A stretch of 64,000 nt of DNA from Gemmatimonadales bacterium (GCA_038205305.1 JBBRBZ010000002.1:2500-66499), one strand, 5' to 3'; positions 40,093 to 49,423 are shown, numbered from the stretch's first letter. Notes: generated by a model from the sequence alone, not told the origin. Program-made: numbers and translations.

Positions 40093-41277
40093 ATGGAGGA
40101 TCTCCGGAGGTCGACGCCGTCGATTGCCATTCCGCCCCAAGTGATCGCCATCCTGCAGCGGCTGGAGGATGCCGGGCATGAGAGCTGGTGCGTCGGTGGG
40201 GCGATCCGTGATGCCCTGCTCGGCGACCCGCAACAGGACGTGGACCTCGCCACGGCCGCGCGGCCGGAGGAGGTCCTGCGACTCTTCCGTCGCACGGTGC
40301 CCGTCGGCATCGAGCATGGGACGATCGGCGTACTCGATGACTTCGGTGTGCTGCACGAGGTCACGACCTTTCGTCGCGACGTGACCACCGACGGCCGCCA
40401 CGCCGAGGTGCAATTCGGGGTCTCGCTCGACGACGACCTGGCACGGCGGGATCTCACCATCAACGCCATCGCGTACCACCCGCTGCGCAACGCGTGGCGC
40501 GATCCCTTCCATGGGCGCGATGACCTCGACGCGCGACTCATCCGCGCGGTCGGCAATCCGGCGGAGCGCTTTCGCGAAGACCGTCTGCGCATCCTGCGCG
40601 CGATCCGATTCGCGGTGCGGCTCGATTTCCGGATCGACCCGGCGACCTGGGCAGCGGCTTGCGCCCAGGCTGCCGACACTGGCGACCTCTCGGCCGAACG
40701 AATCCGCGACGAATGGAGCAAGAGTATCCGCACCACCCGCTCGCTCGATGCCCTCGTGACTCGATGGATCGAGTCCGGCGTGGCGGCGGTCTGGATGCCC
40801 GAGCTCACACCTCCTGCCCCGTGGCAAAGAGGGAGCGAGTCCGACATCACCATCGTGACGGCCCTCGTCTGCACGGCCTGCGGCCCGGTGATGCGCAGAC
40901 TCAAAGCGTCGAGCGCGGAGATTCGCCGCGCCGAGGCAATCGATCGCGGTCCGGCACGACCCGTGAGCAGTGATTCGGTGGCGGTTCGTCGCTGGATGGC
41001 TGCCGTTGGTGACGCTACCGAGGACTTGGTCACCCTGGCGACCTGGCGCGGCGCGGCGACCGACGGTTGGACGCGCGAAGTATCGGAAGTGCTCGCACGG
41101 CGCGAGGCAACGTCACGCGGTGAACTCACCATCAACGGCGATGATCTCCGTATCGCCGGTGTCGCGACCGGGCCTGCCATTGGGCAGGCACTCGGCGCGC
41201 TGCTCGACGCCGTGCTGGAGGATCCCGCGCTCAACACGCGAGAGACCCTGCTCGCCATGGCGAAGCGACTCGCGTGA
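40093..41277 (+). CDS. cca: CCA-adding tRNA nucleotidyltransferase / poly(A) polymerase family
   Basis: Head domain VGGAIRDALLG..QDVDLAT.., GIEHGTIGV.., EVTTFRRD.., RRDLTINA. Confidence 0.8.
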   Translation: MEDLRRSTPSIAIPPQVIAILQRLEDAGHESWCVGGAIRDALLGDPQQDVDLATAARPEEVLRLFRRTVPVGIEHGTIGVLDDFGVLHEVTTFRRDVTTDGRHAEVQFGVSLDDDLARRDLTINAIAYHPLRNAWRDPFHGRDDLDARLIRAVGNPAERFREDRLRILRAIRFAVRLDFRIDPATWAAACAQAADTGDLSAERIRDEWSKSIRTTRSLDALVTRWIESGVAAVWMPELTPPAPWQRGSESDITIVTALVCTACGPVMRRLKASSAEIRRAEAIDRGPARPVSSDSVAVRRWMAAVGDATEDLVTLATWRGAATDGWTREVSEVLARREATSRGELTINGDDLRIAGVATGPAIGQALGALLDAVLEDPALNTRETLLAMAKRLA

Positions 41278-42584
41278 ACGACCTCGGCCTCTTCAGCACG
41301 CCGGAGCCGCTGGCCGCGAGAATGCGACCGCGGGATCTCGAGGAGTTTGTGGGTCAGGAACAGCTGCTCGCGCCCGGGAAGCCGCTGGGCGACGCGATCC
41401 GCCGCGGCGATGTCGGCAGCACCATTCTCTGGGGCCCGCCCGGTACCGGCAAGACCACGCTGGCTCGGCTGGTCGCCCGCCACACGGACCGACAGTTCGT
41501 GGCATTCAGCGCGGTCACCGAGGGGGTGCCGCGCGTTCGCGAAATCCTCAAGGAAGCCGCGGAGCGTCGTCGTCTCGGGCGGGGTACCATCCTCTTCTGT
41601 GACGAGATCCATCGGTTCAATCGCGGGCAACAGGATGCCTTTCTCCCGGCCGTCGAGCAGGGCGTCATTACGCTGATTGGTGCCACGACGGAGAATCCTT
41701 CGTTCGAGCTGAACAACGCGCTGCTCTCTCGTGTGCGCGTGTGGGTCCTCAGTCCGCTGACTCCCGGTGACCTGCGCCGGGTCATTGATGCGGCGCTGAT
41801 GGATCGCGAGCGTGGGCTCGGCTTGCTCGAACTCGACATGCCGGAGGATGCGCGCGACGCGCTGGCGGACGTCGCCGACGGCGATGCCCGGCGGGCCCTC
41901 ACCGTCCTCGAAGCAGCCGCGCAGCAGGTGGGCATGCATGGCCTGCTTTCGCGCGAAATCGTGCTCGAGGCGCTGGCCCGGCGTGTGGCCGTCTTCGACA
42001 AGAATCGGGAGCAGCACTATGACATTATCTCGGCGCTGCACAAGGCGGTGCGCGGCAGTGACCCGCAGGCGACGCTGTACTGGCTCGCGCGATTGATGGC
42101 CGGAGGGGAGGACCCAATGTTCATCGCGCGCCGGTTGGTTCGGATGGCGTCGGAAGACATCGGGCTCGCCGACCCCAACGCGCTGCAGCTCTGCATTGCC
42201 GCTCGCGAATCGTGGCGCTTCCTCGGCAGTCCCGAGGGCGAACTCGCCCTGGCGGAGGCCGCGGTCTATCTGGCCACCGCCCCTAAATCCAATCGGATCT
42301 ATCGTGCGTGGGGAGCCGCCCAGGAGGCGGCAGCCAATTCACCGGCCGCGCCGGTGCCGCTGCACCTCCGCAATGCCCCGACCGGATTGATGAAGGAGTT
42401 GGGCTATGGTGCGGGGTACCAGTATGCTCCCGATCATGCCACGGGATACGTCGCCCAGGAATATCTTCCTGAGGCGCTCAAGGGTGCCTCGTTCTATGAA
42501 CCGGGCCCGTTCGGGCACGAGCGACGAATCGGCGAACGGTTGAAGTGGTGGAGCGAACTCGGCAAGACCGAAGGCGAGACATGA
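41274..42584 (+). CDS. rarA: Replication-associated recombination protein A (AAA+ ATPase)
   Basis: GTGA overlap. RPRDLEEFVGQEQLL.., GPPGTGKTT, ILFCDEIHRFN..QQDAFLP.VE.G, HYDIISALHKAVRGSD, GYGAGYQYAPD. Confidence 0.93.
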   Translation: MNDLGLFSTPEPLAARMRPRDLEEFVGQEQLLAPGKPLGDAIRRGDVGSTILWGPPGTGKTTLARLVARHTDRQFVAFSAVTEGVPRVREILKEAAERRRLGRGTILFCDEIHRFNRGQQDAFLPAVEQGVITLIGATTENPSFELNNALLSRVRVWVLSPLTPGDLRRVIDAALMDRERGLGLLELDMPEDARDALADVADGDARRALTVLEAAAQQVGMHGLLSREIVLEALARRVAVFDKNREQHYDIISALHKAVRGSDPQATLYWLARLMAGGEDPMFIARRLVRMASEDIGLADPNALQLCIAARESWRFLGSPEGELALAEAAVYLATAPKSNRIYRAWGAAQEAAANSPAAPVPLHLRNAPTGLMKELGYGAGYQYAPDHATGYVAQEYLPEALKGASFYEPGPFGHERRIGERLKWWSELGKTEGET

Positions 42585-42606
42585 GCCGCCTGCCGCCGCA
42601 CGCCGA

Positions 42607-43968
42607 TTGCCGCCGCGCCGTGAACGCGCCAGGCAGTCGCTGTCCTTTTCGCACCACGATCCGCTCCGGAGGCACCCCATTCGCCCATTGATTGAAGTAG
42701 CCGCGCCGCGCGAGCGGGTGGTGCTGGTCGCCGCTCCGCGAAAGGGATCGCTCGAGGCACAGAAGATGGAGGAGCACCTTGAAGAGCTGGGGCGGCTGGT
42801 CGATACCGCCGGCGGCGAGGTGGTCGGCACCATCACCCAGCAGCTCGCCGCCGCCAACCCGGGCACGCTCATCGGGGAGGGGAAGGTCGAGGAATTGCGT
42901 GCGCTCCTGCTCGCGACCAAGGGCACCCTCGTCGTCTTCGACGAGGAGCTCACGCCCACCCAGGGTCAATCGCTCGAGCAGGCGCTCACCATCCGGGTGA
43001 TGGATCGTGCCGAGATCATTCTCGACATCTTCGCCACCAGGGCGCGCTCCTCTGAAGCGAAGCTGCAGGTAGAGCTGGCGCAGCTCCAGTACCTGTTGCC
43101 ACGGCTCACGCGGATGTGGACTCACCTTTCGCGCATTCGCGGCGGTATCGGTCTGCGCGGTCCCGGTGAAACCCAGCTCGAGACCGATCGCCGGATGATT
43201 CGGCAGAAGATCACGCTGCTCCGTGAGAAGCTCCAGGATGTTGCGCGTCATCGTCACACGATCCGAGCCAGCCGGGTGCCGATGCTCGGAGTGGCGCTGG
43301 TCGGCTACACCAACGCCGGCAAGTCGAGCATTCTTCGCGGGATGTCCGGTGAGCACGAGATCTTCGTCGAGGACCGCCTCTTCGCAACGCTGGATACGCT
43401 GACGAGGGAGATCGATCTGGGCGACAACCTGCGGGTCCGGATGAGCGATACCGTGGGTTTCATCCGGAAGCTGCCGCACCATCTGGTCGCCTCCTTCCGT
43501 GCCACGCTCGAGGAGGCCGGCGAAGCCGATATCCTCCTTCACGTCACTGACGCCTCGCATCCGGAGTGGGAAGACCACATGCGGACGGTCGATGAGGTGC
43601 TCGCAGAGCTGGGGCTCGAGGGTCGTCCCACGCTCGTGGTCTTCCACAAGCTCGATGCGTTGGAAGACCCCACCGGCTTCGCGAACTACGCCCGCACCAT
43701 TTACCCCGACGCGATCTTCACCTCCGCCATGCGGATCGATGGCCTGCTGCCGCTCCGGTCAGAGTTGCGTGGTCGGGCCGAGGCGATTCGTCCCGTGGTG
43801 CGGGTGCTGCTCGATCCGAGCGACGGGAAGCGGCTCGGCCAGCTCCATCGCCTGGGCGATGTCCTGCGCCAATCGCTCGACGGCGAGATGCTGGCGGTGA
43901 ATGTCCGCTTGGAGCCCTGGCGGGCCGAACAGCTGCGGCGAGAAGGGCTGCGAGTCGAACCGACCTGA
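42607..43968 (+). CDS. hflX: GTPase HflX (start uncertain: TTG 42607 or TTG 42688)
   Basis: HflX N-domain (LEELGRLVDTAGGEVVG), coiled linker (AKLQVELAQLQYLLPRL..GGIGLRGPGETQLE), G-domain (GYTNAGKSS, DTVGF, HKLD). Confidence 0.9.
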   Translation: MPPRRERARQSLSFSHHDPLRRHPIRPLIEVAAPRERVVLVAAPRKGSLEAQKMEEHLEELGRLVDTAGGEVVGTITQQLAAANPGTLIGEGKVEELRALLLATKGTLVVFDEELTPTQGQSLEQALTIRVMDRAEIILDIFATRARSSEAKLQVELAQLQYLLPRLTRMWTHLSRIRGGIGLRGPGETQLETDRRMIRQKITLLREKLQDVARHRHTIRASRVPMLGVALVGYTNAGKSSILRGMSGEHEIFVEDRLFATLDTLTREIDLGDNLRVRMSDTVGFIRKLPHHLVASFRATLEEAGEADILLHVTDASHPEWEDHMRTVDEVLAELGLEGRPTLVVFHKLDALEDPTGFANYARTIYPDAIFTSAMRIDGLLPLRSELRGRAEAIRPVVRVLLDPSDGKRLGQLHRLGDVLRQSLDGEMLAVNVRLEPWRAEQLRREGLRVEPT

Positions 43969-43986
43969 CCCGGAGGCTGTCCGAGG

Positions 43987-45057
43987 TTAGGCTGTGACGG
44001 CGAGCACGCGTCGCCAGAAGGCGACGGTCCGGTCGGCCATGGCCGTGTCGGAGTGGGCACGCTCCACCTGCTGACGGGCCAGCTCGCCCAGAGCGGTGCA
44101 CCGCGCCGGCTGCTCGACCAGCGCCTTGAGCGCCCGGGTGAGCGCCGCTTTGTCGCCCTCGTCCACGACCAGCCCCGCATCGCCCACCACCTCCGGCAGG
44201 GCACCACAGCGGCTCACGATCGCGGCAAGGCCATGCGCCATGGCCTCGACGACGAGGTTCCCCGTCGGCTCCACCCAGGCCGGCTGGGATCGGGACGGGG
44301 CGACGAGGGCGTCGCTCTCGTCCCAGAGCTGGGCCAGGGAATCGCGGGGGACTGCCCCGAGCCAATCAATTCGTGCGGAGAGCCCGAGCCGCTGTGCCTG
44401 GGCCTCCAGCGTTTCCTGCATCGGACCCGTCCCGGCGATCCGCAGTCTCCAGTCGCCGTAGGTGTCCGCCAGCGCATCGAACAGCAGGTCCAGTCCCCGT
44501 TCCTTGAGGATTCGCCCCACCACTAGGAAGCGGATCGGGGCAACGCACTCCCGCGCCACCCGGCGGGCCGGGAGCGCGGTCCCAGACACCGCCAGAACGG
44601 CGGTGGGCACCTTGGTGCCGCTCCCGACCAGACGATCCAGCGCCGGCCGACCAAGGCCGGCGAGTCCAGCGGCTCCTTCGCGGACCCGTTCCGCCTGCCA
44701 GCGTGCGACGATACCCTTGGCATGGCCGAAGCTCGTGGTGCCGACCAAGACATACGGAAGCCCCAGCTTTCGGCATGCCGCCGCGCCCGCTTCTGCCGTC
44801 GGGGTCCAGGGATCACCCACGATGTGGACGAGGGTGGGTGCGGCCTCGCGAATCGCACTCCGCAGCCCCTTCCGTGACCAGCGCAGGTCCAGCGGGTTCT
44901 TCGCCTCCCCTCGGGCAGCCACGCGCACGACCGTGACGGCACCATCGGTCGAGGACTCTCCACGCGGCCTGAGCACAGTTGGGGTGACGCCGAGGGTGAC
45001 CAGCGCGCGGAGGAACGAGTCGGACGGTTCGTCAGGGGAGAGCAGCAGTACGTTCAT
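43987..45057 (-). CDS. Glycosyltransferase family 4 (GT-B)
   Basis: MNVLLLSP.. N-domain. C-terminal Glycos_transf_1 motif (ALVAPSRSQPAWVEPTGNLVVEAMAHGLAAI). Confidence 0.8.
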   Translation of the reverse strand: MNVLLLSPDEPSDSFLRALVTLGVTPTVLRPRGESSTDGAVTVVRVAARGEAKNPLDLRWSRKGLRSAIREAAPTLVHIVGDPWTPTAEAGAAACRKLGLPYVLVGTTSFGHAKGIVARWQAERVREGAAGLAGLGRPALDRLVGSGTKVPTAVLAVSGTALPARRVARECVAPIRFLVVGRILKERGLDLLFDALADTYGDWRLRIAGTGPMQETLEAQAQRLGLSARIDWLGAVPRDSLAQLWDESDALVAPSRSQPAWVEPTGNLVVEAMAHGLAAIVSRCGALPEVVGDAGLVVDEGDKAALTRALKALVEQPARCTALGELARQQVERAHSDTAMADRTVAFWRRVLAVTA

Positions 45058-45074
45058 CGCACAAAGATGGCCTC

Positions 45075-46208
45075 ATGATCGTTAACTTTCACGGCATGCG
45101 GATTCTTCACCTCGCCAAGTACTACTGGCCGCGCTCCGGCGGAATGGAGCGGGTGGTGCAGGGCCTTGCCGAAGGTGTCGCCGAACGGGGGCACGAAGCA
45201 GAGGTGATCGCCATCACCGCCTTCGGTGATCCACCGCCCGGGAAACGTCGCCGGACGCCGGTCAAGCGGGCATGGTCCTTCGCGCCGGTCGGTACCCAAG
45301 AACTCGCGCCAGCCTATCTCGCCGCGGCGTGGAAGCGCGCTGACGTGATCCACCTCCACCACCCCAATTCGCTCGCGGATGTGGCCTACGCCCTCCGGCC
45401 GTCGCTTGCTCCCCTGGTGGTGACCCAGCACGCGGACTATCCCAGCTTCAAGTACAAGCTGCCCTCGAAGTACGCCCTCTGGCGTGCCGAGGCGATCGTG
45501 GTCCCCAGTCGTGCGCACATCGCACTCTGCACCGAGCTGCGCGGCTTCGAGGAGAAGGTGCAGGTGATTCCCTTCGGGATCGACGAGCGGCGTTGGGAAA
45601 TTGTCCCGCCGCCGCCACCGGGCAATCCCCCCAGGGCGCTCTTCATCGGTCACCTCCAGGCCTTCAAGGGTGTGGATTTCCTCTTGCGGGCGCTCGAGCT
45701 CGTTCCCGACCTGCGACTCGACATCGTTGGCAGCGGTCCCCAGGAGAACCGTCTGCGTACCCTCGCTCGGGCGCTGGCGGTTGAAGACCGAGTAAAGTGG
45801 TATGGTGAGTACCCCGACGAAGATCTCCCCCGCCGAATGGCCGACGCCGACTTCCTGGTGCTGCCGTCGGTAAGCGTCGAGGAGATGTTCGGCATGGTGC
45901 TGCTCGAGGCGATGGCCGCCGGCCGACCCATCATCACCACGGATGTTCCCTCTGGAGTCCGGGAAGTGAACGCCCCGGGTGTGACGGGGCTTGAGGTGCC
46001 GATGCGCGATGTCACCGCGCTCGCCGATGCGATGCGCACGCTCGCCGAAGACAGCGATCTCCGCGACCGGCTCGGCGGGGCAGGGAGGGCCCGAGTGAGG
46101 CAGAGATTCTCGCTCGCGGCGATGACCGACGCGCACCTGAAACTGTATCAGGAGGTGCGGGGCCCGAAGGCTATTGCCCCTGTGGAAAAGTCATCGAAAG
46201 GGCGCTGA
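45075..46208 (+). CDS. Glycosyltransferase family 4 (GT-B); start 45075 or 45096
   Basis: MRILHLAKYYWPRSGGMERVV.., FLVLPSVSVEEMFGMVLLEAMAAGRPIITTDV (E-x7-E type motif). Confidence 0.8.
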   Translation: MIVNFHGMRILHLAKYYWPRSGGMERVVQGLAEGVAERGHEAEVIAITAFGDPPPGKRRRTPVKRAWSFAPVGTQELAPAYLAAAWKRADVIHLHHPNSLADVAYALRPSLAPLVVTQHADYPSFKYKLPSKYALWRAEAIVVPSRAHIALCTELRGFEEKVQVIPFGIDERRWEIVPPPPPGNPPRALFIGHLQAFKGVDFLLRALELVPDLRLDIVGSGPQENRLRTLARALAVEDRVKWYGEYPDEDLPRRMADADFLVLPSVSVEEMFGMVLLEAMAAGRPIITTDVPSGVREVNAPGVTGLEVPMRDVTALADAMRTLAEDSDLRDRLGGAGRARVRQRFSLAAMTDAHLKLYQEVRGPKAIAPVEKSSKGR

Positions 46209-46258
46209 ATCGATGGGGGTGGGGGTATGCTAATGTGACGATGTGGAAAACAAATCAG

Positions 46259-46287
46259 TTGAAGTGTGGATTGTAAGTCCATATGTT
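46259..46287 (+). promoter_or_regulatory. Candidate tRNA promoter TTGAAG-N17-TATGTT
   Basis: TTGAAG at 46259-64 and TATGTT at 46282-87, in an AT-rich island 11 nt upstream of the tRNA 5' end. Confidence 0.45.
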
Positions 46288-46298
46288 GTAGTGAATTC

Positions 46299-46372
46299 GG
46301 CCTCGTAGCTCAGGTGGTTAGAGCAGCGGACTCATAATCTGACGGTCGAGGGTTCGAATCCCTCCGGGGCCA
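46299..46372 (+). tRNA. tRNA with CAT anticodon (elongator Met or lysidine-modified Ile2; not initiator-like)
   Basis: Hand-folded 74-nt cloverleaf: acceptor GGCCTCG/CGGGGCC, D-arm GCTC-AGGTGGTTA-GAGC, anticodon loop CT-CAT-AA, T-arm GAGGG-TTCGAAT-CCCTC. No GGG/CCC in the anticodon stem. CCA is not encoded. Confidence 0.85.
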
Positions 46373-46424
46373 TGCAGTTGTCAGCCGGAAGAAAGAGTGG
46401 TATCATATCGCCCCTGCTGTTGCA

Positions 46425-46498
46425 GGGCGATTAGCTCAGCTGGTTAGAGCGCGCGCCTCACATGCGCGAGGTCGGGGGTTCGAGCCCCTCATCGCCCA
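46425..46498 (+). tRNA. tRNA-Val (anticodon CAC)
   Basis: Hand-folded 74-nt cloverleaf: acceptor GGGCGAT/ATCGCCC, D-arm GCTC-AGCTGGTTA-GAGC, anticodon stem CGCGC/GCGCG with loop CT-CAC-AT, T-loop TTCGAGC. CCA is not encoded. Confidence 0.9.
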
Positions 46499-46584
46499 TC
46501 GGCCCGAACCGTCCCGCTGGGTGGGGCTGGGTCGCCGAGTCAGTCCTTGAGTGGAGCCTCCCGGGCTGGCTCGGAAAGGTGGCA

Positions 46585-46633
46585 AAGCGAGCGGCCGCGT
46601 TCATTCACGAACGCGGCCGCTCGCTTCATTTTC
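46585..46633. terminator. Perfect 18-bp hairpin terminator between the tRNA operon (+) and the heptose kinase gene (-)
   Basis: AAGCGAGCGGCCGCGTTC-ATTCAC-GAACGCGGCCGCTCGCTT followed by CATTTTC. On the minus strand the stem is followed by TTTGCC. Confidence 0.65.
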
Positions 46634-46706
46634 CCCGCTTCGCCTTGGTACGGCCAGGGTTTTCACCAGAAAATGGGGAATGTTGATAACTACTGTTGTG
46701 GATAAC

Positions 46707-47711
46707 TCACTCTGGCTGTTCGACCAGGTCCCAGGCTTCGAGGAGTTCCCGGGGCGAAACGGTGGCGGTCCCCAACTTGCCGACTTCCACCCCCGCCGCG
46801 AGGTTGGCCAGCCACGCACCCTCGGCAATCTGTCCACCGGCTCCCAGCACCGCGGCGGCCCACGCGGTCACGGTGTCACCAGCCCCGGAGACATCAAAGA
46901 CCTCGAGCGCGATGCTGGGGGTGGTCCGGATCAGCGCTCCTGCGCTTGCCAGCGCCATCCCATCGGCACCGAGAGTCACCAAGAGATGGTCCACCCCCAG
47001 ATCACGACGGATGGGCTCGAACTCGTCGTCCTCGATGGTGAAGTGCGACCCGGTGGCCGCTTCGAGTTCCCGACGGTTGGGGGTGAGGACGGTGGCACCC
47101 TGGTAGGACTTCAGCAGCGGCGGTTTCGGGTCCACTACCACCGGAATCCCCTTTAGTCGGGCCGTGCTGATGCACCGGGTGGCCAGCTCCGCGTCCAGGA
47201 CCCCCTTGGCGTAGTCGGAGATCACCAGCACGTCGCAGCCCTCCACCAGCCGGTCGGCCGCGCTCGCCACCAGCTCCCGGAAGCGTTCCGGGAGGGCATT
47301 GGTCACTTCCCGGTCGATCCGGACGACCTGTTGCCCCCGGGCGAGGATCCGGGTCTTGGTGGTCGTTGGCCGCCCCGACATCCGGATCAGCCCTCCCGTG
47401 TCAATCCCGAGGGCCCTGAGGGCGTCCTGGAGCGCCTCGCCCGAGGGGTCGTCGCCAATCACACCGACCAGCGAGGGTTGGGCCCCCAAGGCGAGGACGT
47501 TGGCCGCGACATTGGCCGCCCCGCCCGCCACACTCCGTTCCTCCTCGACGATCACGACGGGGACCGGGGCCTCGGGCGAGATCCGCTCGACATCGCCGAC
47601 GAGGTAGCGGTCCAGCATCACATCGCCGACGATGCCGACCCTGACGGTTCGTATTCGGTCGAGCAGGGCGACGGTACGGGCTCTGGAGAGGCTCGAAAGG
47701 ATGGTGCTCAT
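46707..47711 (-). CDS. hldA: D-glycero-beta-D-manno-heptose-7-phosphate kinase (RfaE domain I / HldA type, PfkB family)
   Basis: VGIVGDVMLDRYLVGDVERISPEAPVPVV.., GGAANVAANV.., C-terminal DVSGAGDTV. At 334 aa it is the kinase domain only, with no adenylyltransferase domain. Confidence 0.85.
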   Translation of the reverse strand: MSTILSSLSRARTVALLDRIRTVRVGIVGDVMLDRYLVGDVERISPEAPVPVVIVEEERSVAGGAANVAANVLALGAQPSLVGVIGDDPSGEALQDALRALGIDTGGLIRMSGRPTTTKTRILARGQQVVRIDREVTNALPERFRELVASAADRLVEGCDVLVISDYAKGVLDAELATRCISTARLKGIPVVVDPKPPLLKSYQGATVLTPNRRELEAATGSHFTIEDDEFEPIRRDLGVDHLLVTLGADGMALASAGALIRTTPSIALEVFDVSGAGDTVTAWAAAVLGAGGQIAEGAWLANLAAGVEVGKLGTATVSPRELLEAWDLVEQPE

Positions 47712-47771
47712 GCCTCAAGCTACTCCCTGAGGGATGACGGGCGCGACGGGGCGCGGGTATCTTGGCGCATC

Positions 47772-48773
47772 ATGTCAGACTTCTCCGTGGTCGCGACCCG
47801 TGGCTCCCTGGTGGAATCGGTGCATCCCGTTTCGGTTGCCGTGACCGATGCCTCGGGGACCCTGGTTGCCAGCGCAGGCGATGCAGAGATGGTCACCTAT
47901 TGGCGCTCGGCCTCCAAGCCATTCCAGCTCTATCCGTTGATCGCCGCGGGTGGGGTAGAGCGCTTTGGTCTCGATCGCGAGATGGTCGCACTGGCGTGCG
48001 CGTCGCACAACGCCGAGGCGCGTCACCGCGAAGTGGGGGCGCGGTGGCTTCAGGCAATTCAACTACCTGAGTCGGCACTCTCCTGCGGCGGCCATCCTTC
48101 GCTCTGGCCGGTGCTCGCGGAGACGATGATTCGTGACGGCACGGTGGTCTCCCCGTTGTGGAGCAATTGCTCGGGGAAGCACTCGGGGCTGCTCGCACTG
48201 GCCGTGCTCAAGGGATGGCCAACCGACGGCTATCAGGCGAGGCCGCATCCAGTGCAGCAGTGCGTGGCCGAATCCATCGCGCGCTGGTCGGGGCTCGACG
48301 AAGGGGAACTCCAGTGGGGCGTGGACGGTTGCACCGCAGCGGCTGTTGCGCTCTCCCTCCGAGGGATGGCGACGGCCTACGCTCGTCTGGGGACATCCGA
48401 TGACCCGGCACTCACCACGATTCGCGACGCCATGCTCGCCGAGCCGTACCTGATTGCCGGCTCGGACCGGCTCGACACGGCCGTGATGACGGCGTGGCCC
48501 GGACGAATCATCGCGAAGATCGGCGCGGAAGGTGTCTACAGTGCCGCGCTCCCGGAACTCGGCCTGGGGCTCGCGCTCAAGGTGCACGATGGTGACATGA
48601 GATCCGCCGGACTCGCGCTGATGAGCGTTCTTCGTCAGGTCACGCGGACGCTGGGCGCCGGTCGAGACTGGCCAATGGCGGCGTTGAAGGGCTGGATTCA
48701 TCCAGCCCTTCGCAACACGCGCGGTGAAGCAACGGGCGCGTATGCTGCCGCTGGGGAGCTGACCTTCTCATGA
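47772..48773 (+). CDS. Asparaginase II family protein (PF06089-like)
   Basis: ATG at 47772 inside ORF 47331..48773; the upstream part of that ORF is antisense to hldA. RGSLVESVHPVSVAV.., YWRSASKPFQ.., CSGKHSG.., KIGAEGVY. Confidence 0.8.
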   Translation: MSDFSVVATRGSLVESVHPVSVAVTDASGTLVASAGDAEMVTYWRSASKPFQLYPLIAAGGVERFGLDREMVALACASHNAEARHREVGARWLQAIQLPESALSCGGHPSLWPVLAETMIRDGTVVSPLWSNCSGKHSGLLALAVLKGWPTDGYQARPHPVQQCVAESIARWSGLDEGELQWGVDGCTAAAVALSLRGMATAYARLGTSDDPALTTIRDAMLAEPYLIAGSDRLDTAVMTAWPGRIIAKIGAEGVYSAALPELGLGLALKVHDGDMRSAGLALMSVLRQVTRTLGAGRDWPMAALKGWIHPALRNTRGEATGAYAAAGELTFS

Positions 48774-49423
48774 CGCCTGCCGCCGGCCCACAGGGCGTGC
48801 TGGACGAGGCGACGCTGGCCCTCGTCGCGCTCGCCGGCGCGATCGCCGTGGGCGAAGAGGGCGAAGTGCGTCAGCGGATCGGTGAGGCACTCGCCGCCGA
48901 CGTCCCGCACATCTGGGTGGACGAGCTCCTGCTCCAATCCGTGTTGATGGTGGGTTGGCCGCGCACGCTGGTGGCGGCGGGACTATGGCGCGCGGAGTCT
49001 GGGACGCCAGCCGACGCTGACGATCGCGATCTCGACTATACGGCGGCACCCGAGTGGCAGGCGCGGGGTGAAGCCACCTGTTCGTTGATCTACGGCGAGA
49101 ACTACGCCAAGCTCCGCCGCAACGTGAAGACGCTGCATCCTGCGCTCGATGCCTGGATGCTGACCGAAGGCTATGGCCGGACGCTGTCGCGCCCCGGGCT
49201 CGACCTCAAGCGGCGGGAGCTGTGCATCATTGCGCAGACCGCCGTGCTGGACACCCCGCGCCAACTGCATTCCCACCTGCGCGGGGCGCTGCATGCTGGC
49301 GCCACGCCTGACGAGGTCGAGGCTGTCATCTATTCCGTCAATCCGCTCCTGACCCATCCCGACTGGACCGCCGTGAAGGAACTCTGGGACAACGTCCGCG
49401 AGAGCTGGAGTCTGAGCGAATGA
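48770..49423 (+). CDS. Carboxymuconolactone decarboxylase (AhpD-like) family protein
   Basis: ATGA overlap. RRELCIIAQTAVLDTPRQLHSHLRGALHAGATPDEVEAVIY is the CMD-type helix pair. Confidence 0.7.
   Translation: MTPAAGPQGVLDEATLALVALAGAIAVGEEGEVRQRIGEALAADVPHIWVDELLLQSVLMVGWPRTLVAAGLWRAESGTPADADDRDLDYTAAPEWQARGEATCSLIYGENYAKLRRNVKTLHPALDAWMLTEGYGRTLSRPGLDLKRRELCIIAQTAVLDTPRQLHSHLRGALHAGATPDEVEAVIYSVNPLLTHPDWTAVKELWDNVRESWSLSE

Noticed and set aside
39288-42041. 917-aa ORF on the minus strand.
   Set aside because: It lies antisense to four well-supported plus-strand genes (SDR, DUF1080, cca, rarA). The translation is Arg/Ala/Pro/Ser-rich low complexity with no motifs. This is a typical shadow ORF of a high-GC genome.
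46299-46498. The tRNA pair as an anchor of an integrated mobile element or genomic island.
   Set aside because: There is no integrase, transposase, phage gene or direct repeat of the tRNA 3' end on either side. Flanking genes are ordinary LPS and housekeeping genes with the same GC character.
46551-47156. 201-aa plus-strand ORF downstream of the tRNAs.
   Set aside because: It runs through the terminator hairpin and then antisense into hldA, with no motifs. It is non-coding spacer plus a shadow frame.
47331-47771. The 5' extension of the asparaginase-family ORF (the track starts it at 47331).
   Set aside because: The extension is antisense to the hldA kinase coding region and translates to low-complexity sequence. 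The conserved family N-terminus (MSDFSVVATRGSLVESVHP) begins at ATG 47772.
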